Of a stretch of DNA of 64,000 nt, positions 50,113-64,000 are shown one piece after another. The notes under the pieces are model-generated. The model saw only the letters and a program-made list of their open reading frames with translations, ran no database searches and had not been told where the DNA came from. Made by a program: the position numbers and the translations under genes. The stretch comes from Octopus vulgaris (lineage: Eukaryota): NCBI GenBank assembly GCA_951406725.2, contig OX597815.1, positions 29,326,001 to 29,390,000 of the forward strand, written 5' to 3'. Every line of letters starts with the position of its first letter. The first letter of the stretch is position 1.

Positions 50113-53100
50113 AATTCAAATTTCAGCAGATAAATGAAGACTTAATTAACTGCTTAGAATTACAAAAATGGGAATAACAAGTATTTTACATAGTATTTAA
50201 TTAATACCATTTAGAGAGGCTTATTTCCAACTGTGAATTATTTTGTATTTAGTCCATTTTTTAAAAAAAAAGTTAATGATTGCATGAATTAACATAAATT
50301 TCAAATTTGTGCAATAGAGAACCAAATTTTGCATGGTTGGTTATTGAGGGTGACTGCAAAAAAAAAAAAGTTTTGTCAATATTTCAAATCGAAATGTTAG
50401 TAAGATGCATGAGAACTATTAAGATATTTAAATCATGAAATAACACAAGACTCTTGAAAAACAAAGCTGGATGATATTATTCAGAAATAAGAAGGCGGGG
50501 GGGGGGGCAGAATTTGGTGCTTTTATTTTTATGTAAAAAATAATTTTTGTGTTTGAAAGAAATGACAAAAGGAGTTGATGCAATTTTCAGTGGGCATTTT
50601 AAATCACAAAATGGATATTTATATGTATATACTCTATGACAAAGCAGAAGACTGGTACTATTTATATTTAGTCCTTTGCTTAGACGAACACGAAGCAGAA
50701 GACTGGTACTATTTATATTTAGTCCTTTGCTTAGACGAACACGAATGATGACAATGTAGTTTAATTTTATAAAATAGCAACAACTTTGAAGGTAGAGTTT
50801 TAAAAAAGAATGTGAAATATAAAATAAAAAAAGGAATGTTTGTATTAAAATAAAAATAATGGTGAATATTTAATATTAGTCAAACTAATTAATAGCAGTA
50901 GCGATAATAAAATAGATAGTAGTAATAAAAGGAGCTACTGTTAAATGGTTTTAACTATTATCATGGAGTCTATTATTTCAGTTTGATTCTTTTTTAAACT
51001 TTCCTGTTTTGAGGAGAACAGCGTGCTTCATTATGAAGATTCTTTTGTCATAGCTCTTATAAACTTGACATTTGTCAGTAGCTGGGAAAATGTAAGATTA
51101 TTCTAGCAATAAGTGGTTAAGTGATTTTTTTTCTATTAGTAATTCGAATTAACATATGTAAATTAGAATTAACATATTTATGCAAAAGAAAGCCATTTTT
51201 GTTCTTCGAAAGTAATTTGTTGCATTCGTATGGGTTTTATTCTTTATGTTAATTTTAGGAAACTTAGATCTTTAGAGGTTTAAAATTTTACTTTTTGGTA
51301 ACATAATGGCACCAAATTTTTTTTCTTAAAAATACCATTTTCTAAACTAACAGGTAGTATATGGTGACAAATATAAACTATATTATTTGTTAGTCCAACT
51401 GGTATCAAAAGTAACATAAATGTTAGAAATAAAATCATTAAATCTTTTAATGTACCAATATAATAGTCTTTTAAAGAAATTTTTACTATGACTCACATGA
51501 CCATTATCTGTACAGAATAGTTTGGTACTATTAAGTTTCAAGAGAAAGGTGGACATTTTCACAAATTAAGTAATAAAACAATTAAAAAATAGATTATTTT
51601 TTCATTCTTTTCTGATAAGATTCTTCAAGTAAAACATCCAACAGATACATATCCTTATAACTTTATGTTCGTCTGAACTGTTTCTAATAATTTATTTACA
51701 TATCAAGATATTTCTTTTCAGAGGTTTACCCAAGAATTTAACAACCTGACAGAATATCACCACTACAACTAGCTACCAATACAAACACAAATTTTTCAAA
51801 TGGGCATCCAATCACACTTATGCTGACCAGACTCATGGCTTAATTTTTATTTACAAAAGAATATATATATTCCAATATCAATTCAACACCAAGTTTATCA
51901 AAGAAAGCACTATCTTAAGTCTGAGTTACAAAATAAATGTTGCTTAGCTTAACAATATGCATTTCCTTAACAATATGCATTTCCTTAATAAATTACTTGA
52001 GAAATTTTGAGTGTTGAGTGGTCTAATTTTTAGGTTAACTTGGGCTAAAAAAACCCAAAGAGTTTAATAAATGTTTATGGATTAATAACACTCTTACTAA
52101 AACTAACACATTCAACTATAATGTGTGTAAATGTGAATGGTGCATATCTATTACCATTCAGGTTGATTGAGGCAAGAAGAAACATTTTTGAGCCTTGCCT
52201 AGAGTCACAATGCAATTATGATTAGTGAACTGAATTTTGAACATCAGCCCTATCTATCTTTTATCTATCTACTATCACACACACAATATTCAAAATTGAA
52301 TCTGTGCAAGTTACTACTTGGTGTTTCATGCTCCACATTATAAACATAGTGGTTGGGACTATTTAGTACCAGTACCCACTGAAAATAACTTGGTATGAAA
52401 CCAGAACTGGCATTGTATATAAACAAGCTTGTAACATTTTAAAATCATTCATCTGAAGATCAGAAACATGAAATTCTAAGCAGTGACTTACATTGACTCA
52501 AATTTGAACAATTATTATTCCACTCTACTTCACTGTCTACTTTTTTTTTCTGTAATTGCAATCATACCATACTACACTATCAATCCATTATATATATATA
52601 TATATTCATCCCTTTTTATTACAGACTAAATTATACACAACAGAAGCGCTAAAATAACTTTGTTTAATACTTATTGTTATAATTTAGGCATTAGTGAATT
52701 AGAAAATGGTTATTAGAAAAAAAAGTGAAAAATGAAAATAGAGCTATAAAAAAGTAATCTTTTATTGATTTTTATATATAGAACTTTTACTTATATTTTT
52801 TCTTTTTATTTTTCATTCAAATCATAACTATCAAAATTTATAGAGCTAGCCAGATATAGAAAAATTAGTATTTACAGAGTGTATATGTGTATGCATATAT
52901 ATACACATACCAATCTATCTATCTCTCTATATATATCCAGAAAGTCCAGTTAATCTAATGATCAAAATTTTGTATTAGACTAATACCTGTTTTTTAAATG
53001 TGTTATTTATTGCATAGAACACAAAGCTGTCTTTCAGTTTCATTTTGGTTTTGAGCAATGGTTGTAATATTCAGCTAATTTGGTAATTATTTAACAAACT

Positions 53101-53330
53101 GTAAGACTATATGAGGACTTTATCCTAGTTAACCAGGAAATATTTCATGAAAGACATACATAAGAGTACTGCTCACAGTTGTGGGACGGTGCAGCTGTTA
53201 CGTATACACATATATAGAAAAACACACTAGACTACATCCAAAAGAAGGCCACTCAGCTGATTGGCTCATTGATCAACATACTGCAACCACCGGTGCACAA
53301 ATGTATTGGTTCTTTTCTCTTCCACTTCTA

Positions 53331-53570
53331 TTACTTTAACAAAAGCCTTTGATCATCTGAACTGGTTAGTGGCATAGCTTCTCTGTCCAACCCCACCTGT
53401 CTCTCCTTCCCTTCCTCTCCAAAACTGTAGCCATCGAAAATTCTCATCCTGTCCACACTTGCAAACAACACTGACCTACAGATTTTAAAGCTGAACATCA
53501 ATTTTATCAATCCCACATGTGTGGGAAGATGGCCTGCAAAGGTCATGAAATATGGCTCCTCATAGTCTGA
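53331..53570 (-). CDS. Candidate coding (terminal) exon of an unidentified minus-strand gene
   Basis: Poly-T tract then tandem acceptors TTAG|TCAG|, followed by an open frame SDYEEPYFMTFAGHLPTHVGLIKLMFSFK...QRLLLK*, GC-richer than the flanks. Protein not recognised. Confidence 0.35.
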   Translation of the reverse strand, partial: SDYEEPYFMTFAGHLPTHVGLIKLMFSFKICRSVLFASVDRMRIFDGYSFGEEGKERQVGLDREAMPLTSSDDQRLLLK

Positions 53571-56500
53571 CTAATTTACAGAAACAAAAAAAAAAAGTTT
53601 CTGAAGTATTAAGTGTAGAAAAAATAAATATTTTCTGGATAGGATACTAATATTTTTCCAACAGGTAAACATTTCAAGAACCTGATACAATTCCAAAAAG
53701 CTTCATGAAAAGAGACATGTAATTGAGACATGTACTCTCTTTAGAGACATGAAATCATGAGCCATGATTGGTTAGTTATGGTATTACTCACTTGGCTACT
53801 ACAGTTATACTATATAATTGATGTATTAGAAAAAAATGCTCAAGAAACTCAACATCATTTTTAATTTTGCTTCCTCCTATACTTAACATCTAAACCGAAT
53901 AAGCTTAGAGTTTCTATTATACAGTGCATTATAATATCCAAGTAAGCATGCTGGAATGAGATAAAAATACATATCATTTTCCTTCTTTAGGAGATTTTTT
54001 ACCAAAATACGTTAGAATTTTAGTCCACTTCTTACTTTATTTTAACAAATTTTTAAATGTAATCTAATCAGATAAAATAATATGTGTAAGGCAAACAAAT
54101 GATAAACCTTTTGCAGTAAGAGAATACTGAACTTACATAATTTATTGATAGAGTTGGACATTCTCTCAATTATCACAAATTTTTTAATTAAAAAACTGTC
54201 AAGTCAAAAGATGTCAGACTATTAGGTGGAGGGCTGATATTTAAAATTCCATCATTGGGGATTTCATTGGCCAATACAAAATTTGCTGGCTTAGTCGAAC
54301 TAGCTCTATAAAGGTATTATGAACAGGCACAGCTCACTGAAGGAGTATTGCATAATAAATGTTTCACTAGCTTGCAATTCAAGCCTTTGACTTGGCTTGT
54401 GCTATAGTAAAAGCCCTTACAGCACAACCACTTTTAGATAATTGTATTAGCACTACACCAAAGTATATTTAACATGAATAGATCTCAATTCAATGACCAT
54501 CTACATGACTATTTTTGCATCAATTTGTCAGGTATCTTAAATTATGGAGGAAGTGCTCAAAACATTTTAGAAGGAATTAATGCAGAGAGTGAAGACACTT
54601 AAAATGAGAAGAGAATCTGGGGCCTCAGATTAAGTTTACCCATATTTTAGCACAGAAAAGCACCATGTATTCATCCTAAATGTTTTTGAAATTATGTGTG
54701 TGCGTGTTTATATGAGTATGTATGCTTACTAAGGAATACAGAAAAAGTAAATTAATGTGCATATATTATTTGAGTGCATATCTAATAATATGTGAGCATA
54801 CATGTAATCATATGTGCATATGTATATACAGATAGGTTTGAATACATTCCCAGATGAATACATAAGACAGTATGGATAATATATTGTATTACAGTCAATT
54901 CTCCATACTTTGATAATGGATGGGATTGCTTTTGAAAATTGGACATTTACAAGTCTTTTAAAGCTGGAGGGCCTTCTAACTGTTAACCCATTAACTATAA
55001 AGTAGGAGAGGAACCTGTAGTCAACCAAGCAGACTGAGAAAAAAAAAATCTATGACTGCTGTAAATATTGAACTCATAACAATAAAGCCTTAATTGATCT
55101 AACATATCAGCTTCACAGTTTGTATGGCCTTGTAATTTAAGAACTAGTAGAATAGGTTTCATAGATAGGAAAAAAAAAACATGTCTTTATTTCTACAGAG
55201 TATGCATATGTGTCTGTATACATTGTGAAGATTATCCTGAATTATGGTAGATATAGTTTTGCACATATACTTCATAATTAGTATAAATATTTCATTATCT
55301 TTCTACAAAATTAAATTAAGCACAGGTCATGTCCTACCATCTTCTTGATGTATACCAGAGGGCATAAAAGCAGTTAAGACCAGAGTTATAGACACCATAA
55401 AGATTAGATATGCTAAGTATCTCATACCTTAAAAATCAGTGAAAAGCACCGGAACAGGTTTTGAATGAAAGTGTTATTGGGAATTGTTTACACAAAAATA
55501 TGATTTTAAACTTAAAGATAAAAAAAAGACTCTCCAAAATATATATATATATTATGTATACTTGAAAAGTTAATGGTCATTCACTGAATTTGTAAGATAT
55601 ATTCTTACATATTCTTCTGAGAGTCATTCTTAAGAACGTGCAAAGAGATTTTTTTTAAAGTTAACAGAATTAGAAAAACCCCACCACCCCAAAAACAAAG
55701 AAAACAAAACAAAACAAAAAAAAATCAAACCAAAAATCAAATAAGAGACTGCACTGGGAATTATTTTAGATTTCAAAGAATCATTCCAAGTTCTTTGCCT
55801 GGATTTAAAAGCAGAGTATATTACTAACCATACAGCTCATGTAAATATAATCAGTTAACAATCAAGAATATTTTTTACAAAAACTTTTCACAGCCTATAT
55901 TTTCCCCACTAAAAGAAAAAAAAAAGTGTGGTTTTGTTTATTTTTACATTTATCAAAAAATATTGTAGAAAAAGTACAGAATCTTCATAATGTTTTTGTG
56001 GGTGTAGATATGGTAATTTATTGTTTTGGAAATTGTTTCAAAGTATGAATAATTAATTTGAAAATAATCACAATTTTTATTCCTCTTTTGTTAAACACCA
56101 AATTTTTACTTTTAACAATAAATTATGATACTGCATTTATGATATCAATAACTAATATAATTTTATAGCAAATAGGAATGTTTTCAAACATGATTTGGAT
56201 TTGTCATTCTTTTTCATTTTACTTAGAAAAAAATTTCAATTTCAAATGTAATAATTTTAAAATATCTTCATATTAAAAAAAAGTATTACTGCAAATCATG
56301 AAATTCAAATTGATTATAAATCTACAATATTGCATGCATATGTATGAAAATGTATGTGTATGTATGCATGTATGTGAATATATAAGAAATCTGGCAAATA
56401 ATGCAGGAATATAGAAAGTGTTCATTCAGCATGTATGTAGTTAATAGAAGTCTAAAGGGTAGAAAACTTAGTGTTCCTGTTTGAATATTTGAACTTTAAA

Positions 56501-57820
56501 TAATTTTACTATAATACATTTACTACAAAATTTACTACAATCATGGAGTCAAATAAATTTCAACAGGTTAAAAAAAAAGAAGACTTTAGAAGAACCACAA
56601 CAAATCTTCGGGCAGAGACCACTTTTTACAGTAAGTCTGAGATAATCTACACTAAAATCACAAAGTGATAAGAGAAAATATATATTAAAACTTTAATGAC
56701 AATCTATTAGTCTATGTATAAAGATTTGTAAAATGTATATACATCCAACCACCTCATTTGTAAGTAAACACCACTGGTTTCTGACTTTAGTCATGAACAG
56801 ATGAAGTTTTATTCTTAAATCTAAACTTGACCATAAACAGGTCAAGCATGGTTAGCTTTGTATATCTAGTCATTATTTACAATAATTAAGATCCATGAAA
56901 TAGAAAGGTGAAACTGAGTAAATTTTGTTTCTTGCCAAGACATTTTATTACAATACTGTAAAAGAAGTCATTACAGATGTCTTCATCTTTTGTAAACAAT
57001 ACTGAAGAATAGAGTCAAAAGAACAGAAAGGACTAGTAAGAACAAGAATAAGAACATGACTGACACAAAGTTATAAAACGAAAGCTCCTATTTTACTGGT
57101 TGCTACTCAAAGATCAGGATTGACACCATTCTTATCCCAAATTTATCTTACTCCAGTAGACTTACTAACATTTATTTTATGACTCTCAAAATATAATATG
57201 CCTATGAGTTAACCTCACGTGGAGTTGAACTCCCAAATATGAGACACCAAATTAAGATAGCATAAAACATCTAGTCTAATGCATTTATCTCAATACCAAA
57301 CTGTCACAAACAACATGAAATACTCTCAGAAAAAAGAATCAATGAGGTGGCTTATATCATAATAGGGAAGATATATATATATTTAAGGAGGGAAAAATAA
57401 GAATATATTTTTCTTCATAAGTTATACTGGAAGAAATCAGAGGGGAAGGACATTTTGTCATGATATTTTGCAAAACATTCATGGATTTCTATAAGACTTT
57501 TTACTCATAAAATACACACAATACATGCTTTACAATGTGTAATTCATTCCGGAAATTATTAAAAGATAATATGAAAATAGAATTATTCATTGAATAGATG
57601 AGTGTGTTTGTGTGTGTGTGCGTGTGTGTGTATATATTAGATAAGAACACTGTATGAGTGTAAGTAAATGTAAATAGGTATAGCATTATATAGTATGGAA
57701 GAAAATATCTATTTAAAAACATGTATCCTAAGCTTCATGTAAATTAGTTAATTCTGTAATATAAAATGATAAAATATACTGATCTTGATAAACCTTAATT
57801 AGGTCTGAAGAGGGTTGGTG

Positions 57821-57871
<51 letters not shown>

Positions 57872-58438
57872 CGTGCATATATATATGTATGTATATATAT
57901 ATATATATATATGCACACACACATTAATCTTAGTCCAATGTTGGCATGATTCACTGATAAAAAAAAAATTAGATATGGGAGTTGCAGGCAAAATGTCAAA
58001 TGGGCAAACAAACTATATTTTGGATTTTGGTAGGTTTCGAAGTTTTCTATTTTTTGTTTATCAAAAAAACCACATAAAGAAACCCCTACTCCCTAAAAAC
58101 CTGCTACAATACCCATAAAACTGCAGCCAAAAGTTAGAAATACAGGTTCTTGAACATCCAAATACCTGTACTGTTTAAATGTTCAGCACTTCAGCATGGA
58201 AAGAAATAATTTAATCATACGCACACATTCTCACTAAGATGCATCATTCGAAGAGATTATTTCACTTTTGTACACATAGATTTGCTTAATGCATATCTCA
58301 AATTTATGCTTGTAGGAATCTAGTTAACAACTGATACCTAAAGTCATAAGGTTTCACTTACATTAACACATTCTTTACATTATTTTCGAGCATGTTAGTG
58401 AATGTGAAACCAAACTAATATCTACAAGCTAAATTGAT

Positions 58439-58470
<32 letters not shown>

Positions 58471-59081
58471 TAATGTATGTATGTATATGCACACATGCAT
58501 ATATATTTATGCATCTATCTATATATGCATAAATGCACACACACAAGGGCATAAAAAATTCCTTTCTCTCTCTCTCTTTCTCCACTCTCTCTTTGTGTGT
58601 GTGTGTGTGTGTGTGCATCATGTGCAGAAAATTTACTAATTTGCAAGAGCTTTAGTTGAAGTGATGAAAATATTATGTCTATCGAAAGAATAAACCAAGC
58701 TTGTCGTGAACAACAATCATAACGAGTCTGTTGCACCATATTTAAGACATTTAACTCATAACATCTCATTTCAGAAATGCTTTCAAAGTTTTATCAGTGC
58801 TTTCATATTTTAAAAATAAATTATGTAAATAATAACTAATTACTTTTCAGTTTATTGAAATCACGACATTAATTAATAATATGCCATTGGTGAATAATGC
58901 TAATCAGTCAATTCTAGTTGGTAAATTTGTAAGTTGGTTAATGATTGATTGGTGTATTTTCTGAAATCCTTTTGCATAAATGCACACACATATGCAGAAA
59001 AACACACACACACACACACAAATATATAGACATCCATACAAATATATAAACAAAGATATATATATGTATATATATATTCAT

Positions 59082-59723
59082 GAGGGTAGGTTTATTTGCA
59101 ATGCATTTATAAAAATTGCTCATAAAAATTGACACTAGTGAAGATATTTTCTTCTAAGAAGACATCACCTCCTTTACAATAGTAATCCAAAAGTTGTTGG
59201 CAGATTTCAAAACAATTTTCCTTGTGCAATACTGTAAGTTGTTTTAGGGGCCCATGTTACACACAAACTTTATATACCATTGACTACTTCATCAATCAAC
59301 TGCCTATTCAACAGAGCCACTTCAAGGATTCATTTAATGCCAGTTGGAACTGGTTGGATGTCTGATTCATTCCTAATGTATGACACTTGCATGACCATTT
59401 CTGAAGTTTCCAATCCATTTGTAGACAGTTCATACCGAGAAGGCACATTTCCAATGCTTTGCTGAAGGCCTCCAATCAATTATGGATTCGGCTATACTTT
59501 CAGCCCACATACATTTGGATCACTGAACACTGTTCTAATTTGGATCAAACAGAAAGTGGAGCAGCCATGTCTAACACAACACTAATAAACACTTAATGCT
59601 TCAAGTTTAAACCTGTACAGCAGTAGCAAGTGGGAGATCATGTCAAGTGATGACATGCATATTTTCCATCCAACAGAAATAAAATGAAAAGATAATGTGC
59701 ATTGGAAATTATTAATGGCTCTC
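59082..59723 (-). mobile_element. Internally deleted, decayed mariner element (N-terminal transposase only)
   Basis: From ATG at 59568: MAAPLSV*SKLEQCSVI..., TVYKWIGNFRNGHASV and KVCVTWAPKQLTVLHK..CFEICQQLL (WVPKQL-like). Degenerate TIRs GAG.G....TT.ATTT.CAATGCA at both ends. Confidence 0.75.
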
Positions 59724-59875
59724 TTTAACATGCATATAAATATAATGTACACACACATAATTATATAATAATGAGTATGTTATATTTTCTTTCCAAGTTT
59801 GTGTGGGTTGGACTGGTTGTCAAAGCCTGAGTCAGTTCATCTTCAGAGTTTCTGCTCTCTGAGACGGGTCCGAGG

Positions 59876-59919
<44 letters not shown>

Positions 59920-60299
59920 AATATATATGCACATATATATATAACATGTATGTGTTTGTGTTTGTAAAAGTTAGTTTAATAGCAAATTATGACACTAACT
60001 ATAGGACCTGAAGCATTTAGTGCTGTGTAAAAATACTTACTGGAAATTTAATGCTACATTTCACAGAATATTTCCATCTATGTCAGACAGTGTTTTCTCT
60101 CTCTGCCTCTTTCTTTACATATATAGATGCACATATACACACGTGTATGTGTGTGTGTGTGTGAGTGTTTTACACACCCATAGGCATGGCCAAATAATTA
60201 AGAAGTTTACTTTGCGACCATGAGGTTGAAAGTTCTAACCCTTTGCATAGTATATTTTGCCATAACCTTCAGCCTTTATTGAATGCAGCTACTTGGAAA

Positions 60300-60337
60300 G
60301 AAACTGAGGAAGATCAAGTGATGAAACGCTGTATTTC
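60300..60337 (+). ncRNA. Minimal type-I hammerhead-like motif (third family)
   Basis: GAAA CUGAGGA agaucaagugau GAA AC-gcu-GU A UUUC: complete core, 4-bp stem I, GUA triplet, imperfect stem II. Confidence 0.5.
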
Positions 60338-60793
60338 ACAGATCAAGCCTTGACACAACTTTTTTTGATATGGCGATGTAAGCTAATGTTTATGTGAGGG
60401 GTACATATATCTGTGGGGCACTATTTATAGCCACTTTTCTTTATACTAATTAACATTTAGTTAGGGGGATGCAGGAAGGTATCCTTAAATAGGAAACCTA
60501 GTTACATTGCTTGCAACAGAGTTGACCCTGCTGAAGGCACCCAAGATAACAGGGGTGGTATTAATTTACATGCTAATTCAATGAATAGATAGTTAAGTTG
60601 ATCAAATGATAGCATATTGATTGGTGAAATCAACAGAGGACATACATACATACATACATATGAATGCATGCAGGTGTATATAGATGTATATAAATGTGTG
60701 TGTGTATAAATATATGTGTGTGTATATATATGTGTGTTCGTGTATATATATATGTGTATATAGTGTGTATATATATATATACATACATACACA

Positions 60794-62326
60794 CAGTGGT
60801 GCCATTTAATCTAAGAACACTTGTATACTAATGTAAAAAATGGCATTTTTTATATATTTAATAAAGAAAATTTCCTGAGCTTTAATATGGTATACAACTT
60901 TAAAGTGTAACATCAACATATTAATTTTCAATTAACAATAAATCTTAATTATCATAATTTATAGCGCCATTTCAATTCAGAACGATTTATAAAATTTCAA
61001 TTTTTTTGCCTTAAAAAGTTTATTCTGACATTAACAAAAAAACAATAATAAGCTCACACAATCAGTATTTGGTTGGGTTTCCAAAATTACTTAATATAGC
61101 TTTGATTCTGCGAAACATGGAATTGTTCAAATCATTTATCACTGTTCCTGAGAATTTTTCCCAATTTTGGTTAATAATATTAAAAATCTTTATTCTTTGG
61201 CTTACTACTTTGTACAGTTCTACCCAACCTTTCCTAAAGATTTTCGATTGGATTTAGGCCAGGCGACTGTACTAGCCACTGCATCAACCATACTCTCTTA
61301 GACCTAATGTAATCTCTGACTAGGTGTGAGGTGTGTTTCGGGTTGTTGTCATATTGGAAAGTTCAAGATTGGCCCAAATGCTTTCGGGCATATGGAAGCA
61401 TAGTCTTATCCAATACTTTTAGTTAGGACTTACTATCCATAATGCTCTTGATCTGGATTATAGGACCAACACCATTTCCAGACATGCACTCCCACACCTC
61501 TACCACTGTGCTTAATTGTAGGTTGGATGCATTCTGGATGATATTCTTCACCTATATGCCTTCTTACATACTTCCTACCATCACTGACAAACAAGTTGAA
61601 CTTTGATTCGTCTGACCACAACACAACTGACCAATCTGCTGGACTCCAGTTCAAATGCTCTTTTGTGAACTGTACTCATGCACATCAAGTTTTTAAAGAA
61701 ATGTATGGCTTTTTGTAAGAGATTCTTCCTAGAAGTCTAGATTCTTTGAGACAGTTTTTTTTTATGGTGGACACTCTAATGGTAAGTCCATATTTTTTCC
61801 AAATTTCTTTTAAAATGTCAACAGCAGTCATTTTTCATTTTTTTAGGAACAGTCTATGAATGTATCTACCCATTCTTGCTGGCTGTTTTAGAGCACCCAA
61901 CTTTGTTTGAAATAGCTTTATGTGACCATTTCAGCCTACTAAGCTGAATGATCCTTGCTCTGTTTTCTGGTGTTAAGTTTTGTCTCTTACCCATCACAAC
62001 TAATAAGTAACTTAAAAATTCTAAAAGCATGCAAATTACCCTACTTTTATATTAGTCAATAAGGCAAAAAAAAAAAAAAAAAAAAAAATTTTACAAATCA
62101 TTCTTAAATTAAGTGGCGATGTTAATTATGCAAAATAAAGTTTATTTTTAATTCAAAGTTAATATGTTGGTGTTACTCTGTAAAGTCATATACCAAATTA
62201 AAGATCATGAAATTTTCTTTATTTTGATATATACCTTAATTTGCAATTTACAACTTGAATATATAAAAAATGCTATTTTAACATTAGTATACTATACTAG
62301 CATTCTTAAATTAAATGGCACTACTG
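60794..62326 (-). mobile_element. Decayed full-length Tc1 (DD34E) transposon with long TIRs (about 220-250 bp)
   Basis: Termini CAGTGGTGCCATTTAAT / ATTAAATGGCACTACTG. ATG at 61994 (MGKRQNLTPENRARII), then VLWSDESKFNLFVSDGRKYVRR...PECIQPTIKHSG and FQYDNNPKH, with stops and frameshifts. Confidence 0.9.
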
Positions 62327-63057
62327 TCTGTGTATATATATATATATATAAAGTTATGCATACAAGTTCAAAATCAGAATCTATTTTCTAAGTTCACAAG
62401 GATTGTATACATTTCCCACTGAAAACAGTGTATGTATTCATCATTAACCGGGAAGCATTCATATTCAAGCACAACTTATGCAAAATAGACCATTTACAGA
62501 GTAAATGATACCATTGTGGATTGCAAGCTGTTATCTTTTTGGTCTCTTGCCAAAAGATATCAAAGCATGCAACTTATGCATACCATTTGTAAGTATGGAA
62601 ATCATTGATTATAAGAGAAAATTATTATCCCCTCTATAACATCTTGATTATCTCTCTATCTCCTATCTCCTCAGTGACCACTTGTACAAGACTCACTTGA
62701 GATGTCATCTCCTGCAAAATTTTGCAAAATCAAAGCAAGTCTGCTTTGCTCAGTATCTTCTCTCCAGACATGTTTGTCTATAACTCCTTTCCTGCCTCAT
62801 TTACATATATATATATGTTCACATGGTATATTGTAAGACACATAATACATCTACTGAAGTAAACTCATCTTGCTGAGCTACTGAGATTGCCCAGTTTAAG
62901 AGTGTGTAGAAAGAAATTACAGACTCTCCTGTTCAAACAAACAAAAAGTGACACCGTTTTTAAATTCTAAAGATATTATATAAAAAAAAAATGATCTAAG
63001 AATATTCTGTTAAATGTCATGCACTAAAGAATGAAAAGCCATATTCTCTTGCCATAT

Positions 63058-63475
63058 TACTCTTTACTCTTTTACTCTTTTACTTGTTTCAGTCATTTGA
63101 CTGCGGCCATGCTGGAGCACCGCCTTTAGTCGAGCAAATCGACCCCAGGACTTATTCTTTGTAAGCCCAGTACTTATTCTATCGGTCTCTTTTGCCGAAC
63201 CGCTAAGTGACGGGGACGTAAACACACCAGCATTGGTTGTCAAGCAATGCTAGGGGGACAAACACAGACATACAAACACATATACACACACATATATATA
63301 TATACATATATACGACAGGCTTCTTTCAGTTTCCGTCTACCAAATCCACTCACAAGGCATTGGTCGGCCCGGGGCTATAGCAGAAGACACTTGCCCAAGA
63401 TGCCACGCAGTGGGACTGAACCCGGAACCATGTGGTTGGTTAGCAAGCTACTTACCACACAGCCACTCCTGCGCC
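63058..63475 (-). mobile_element. SINE family A, full length, young
   Basis: Reverse complement nearly identical to 1242-1649; tail of TAAAAGAG repeats. Confidence 0.9.
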
Positions 63476-64000
63476 TATGTTTAGAATTACAAAAATAATA
63501 CCCACAAAGAGGAGAATGGGAATGTTTAAACAATATTAAATGAACAAAACCGAGAAAATTGAAGTAAATCTAAGTTTCTATATTCAAATATTCTAGCAAC
63601 AGGCAAATTTATACTATAATACATAAGAATAAGCAACTTCTATTTTCAGAAATATAAAATAGATTAATAACATCACAAAATATGACAAAACTATTTTTGG
63701 TCAGTCAATATGATTTTTCTTTCTCAGTTAATTTAAGAACTTACAAGATTTACTCACAAGAAACAAAAGGCATAACCCCTAATATATGTGGGAGGGGGAG
63801 TACATATAACATGAAGTTGATCTGTTTTGGAGCCAATTAATAGAACTCCCAATTATTTCAAGAAAATACTACTCAGTAAAGGAACAGGAAAAAATCCTCA
63901 TTTGATGGTTCTTTTATCAAAAATACTAATGATATCAATATAAGAAGATTACAATTCAATTTATCTATTAAACACTTTCTGAACTTGAGCAAGTACACCA

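Noticed and set aside
62697-62791. Possible minus-strand exon (KGVIDKHVWREDTEQSRLALILQNFAGDDIS) ending at GTGAGT
   Set aside because: The acceptor lacks a polypyrimidine tract and the peptide is unrecognised; too weak to list.

Overview
An AT-rich, microsatellite- and transposon-dense animal genomic window. The SINE and MITE families look like those of an octopus/cephalopod (inference from repeat types, not a database result). The only confidently identified intact protein-coding gene is an intronless MAGE-domain gene, NSMCE3/Nse3-like (18196-18975, minus). Most other recognisable features are mobile elements: decayed mariner (144-1797, 59082-59723) and Tc1 (60794-62326) transposons, a near-full-length decayed RTE LINE with three C-terminal C2H2 fingers (about 27910-31810), a Penelope-like GIY-YIG remnant (about 4380-5160), several tRNA-derived SINE families, Merlin-like (GG ends, 8-bp TSD), piggyBac-like (TTAA) and Tc2-like MITEs, and non-autonomous Helitrons. 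Splice-site patterns suggest two further unidentified minus-strand transcripts: one starting near an ETS-CRE motif at about 15.9 kb and running off the left edge, and one with terminal exon(s) at about 53.5 kb and 33-36.8 kb. The most notable finding is a set of minimal type-I hammerhead-ribozyme motifs from three distinct repeat families. One (20438-20486) carries a reciprocal G3-C8 swap of the near-invariant C3-G8 core pair. Another forms a back-to-back pair inside a perfect inverted repeat. Also notable are a TSD-flanked trimeric SINE with hairpin junctions and a 760-bp foldback element that transposed as a unit. Most ORFs in the supplied track are spurious microsatellite translations.
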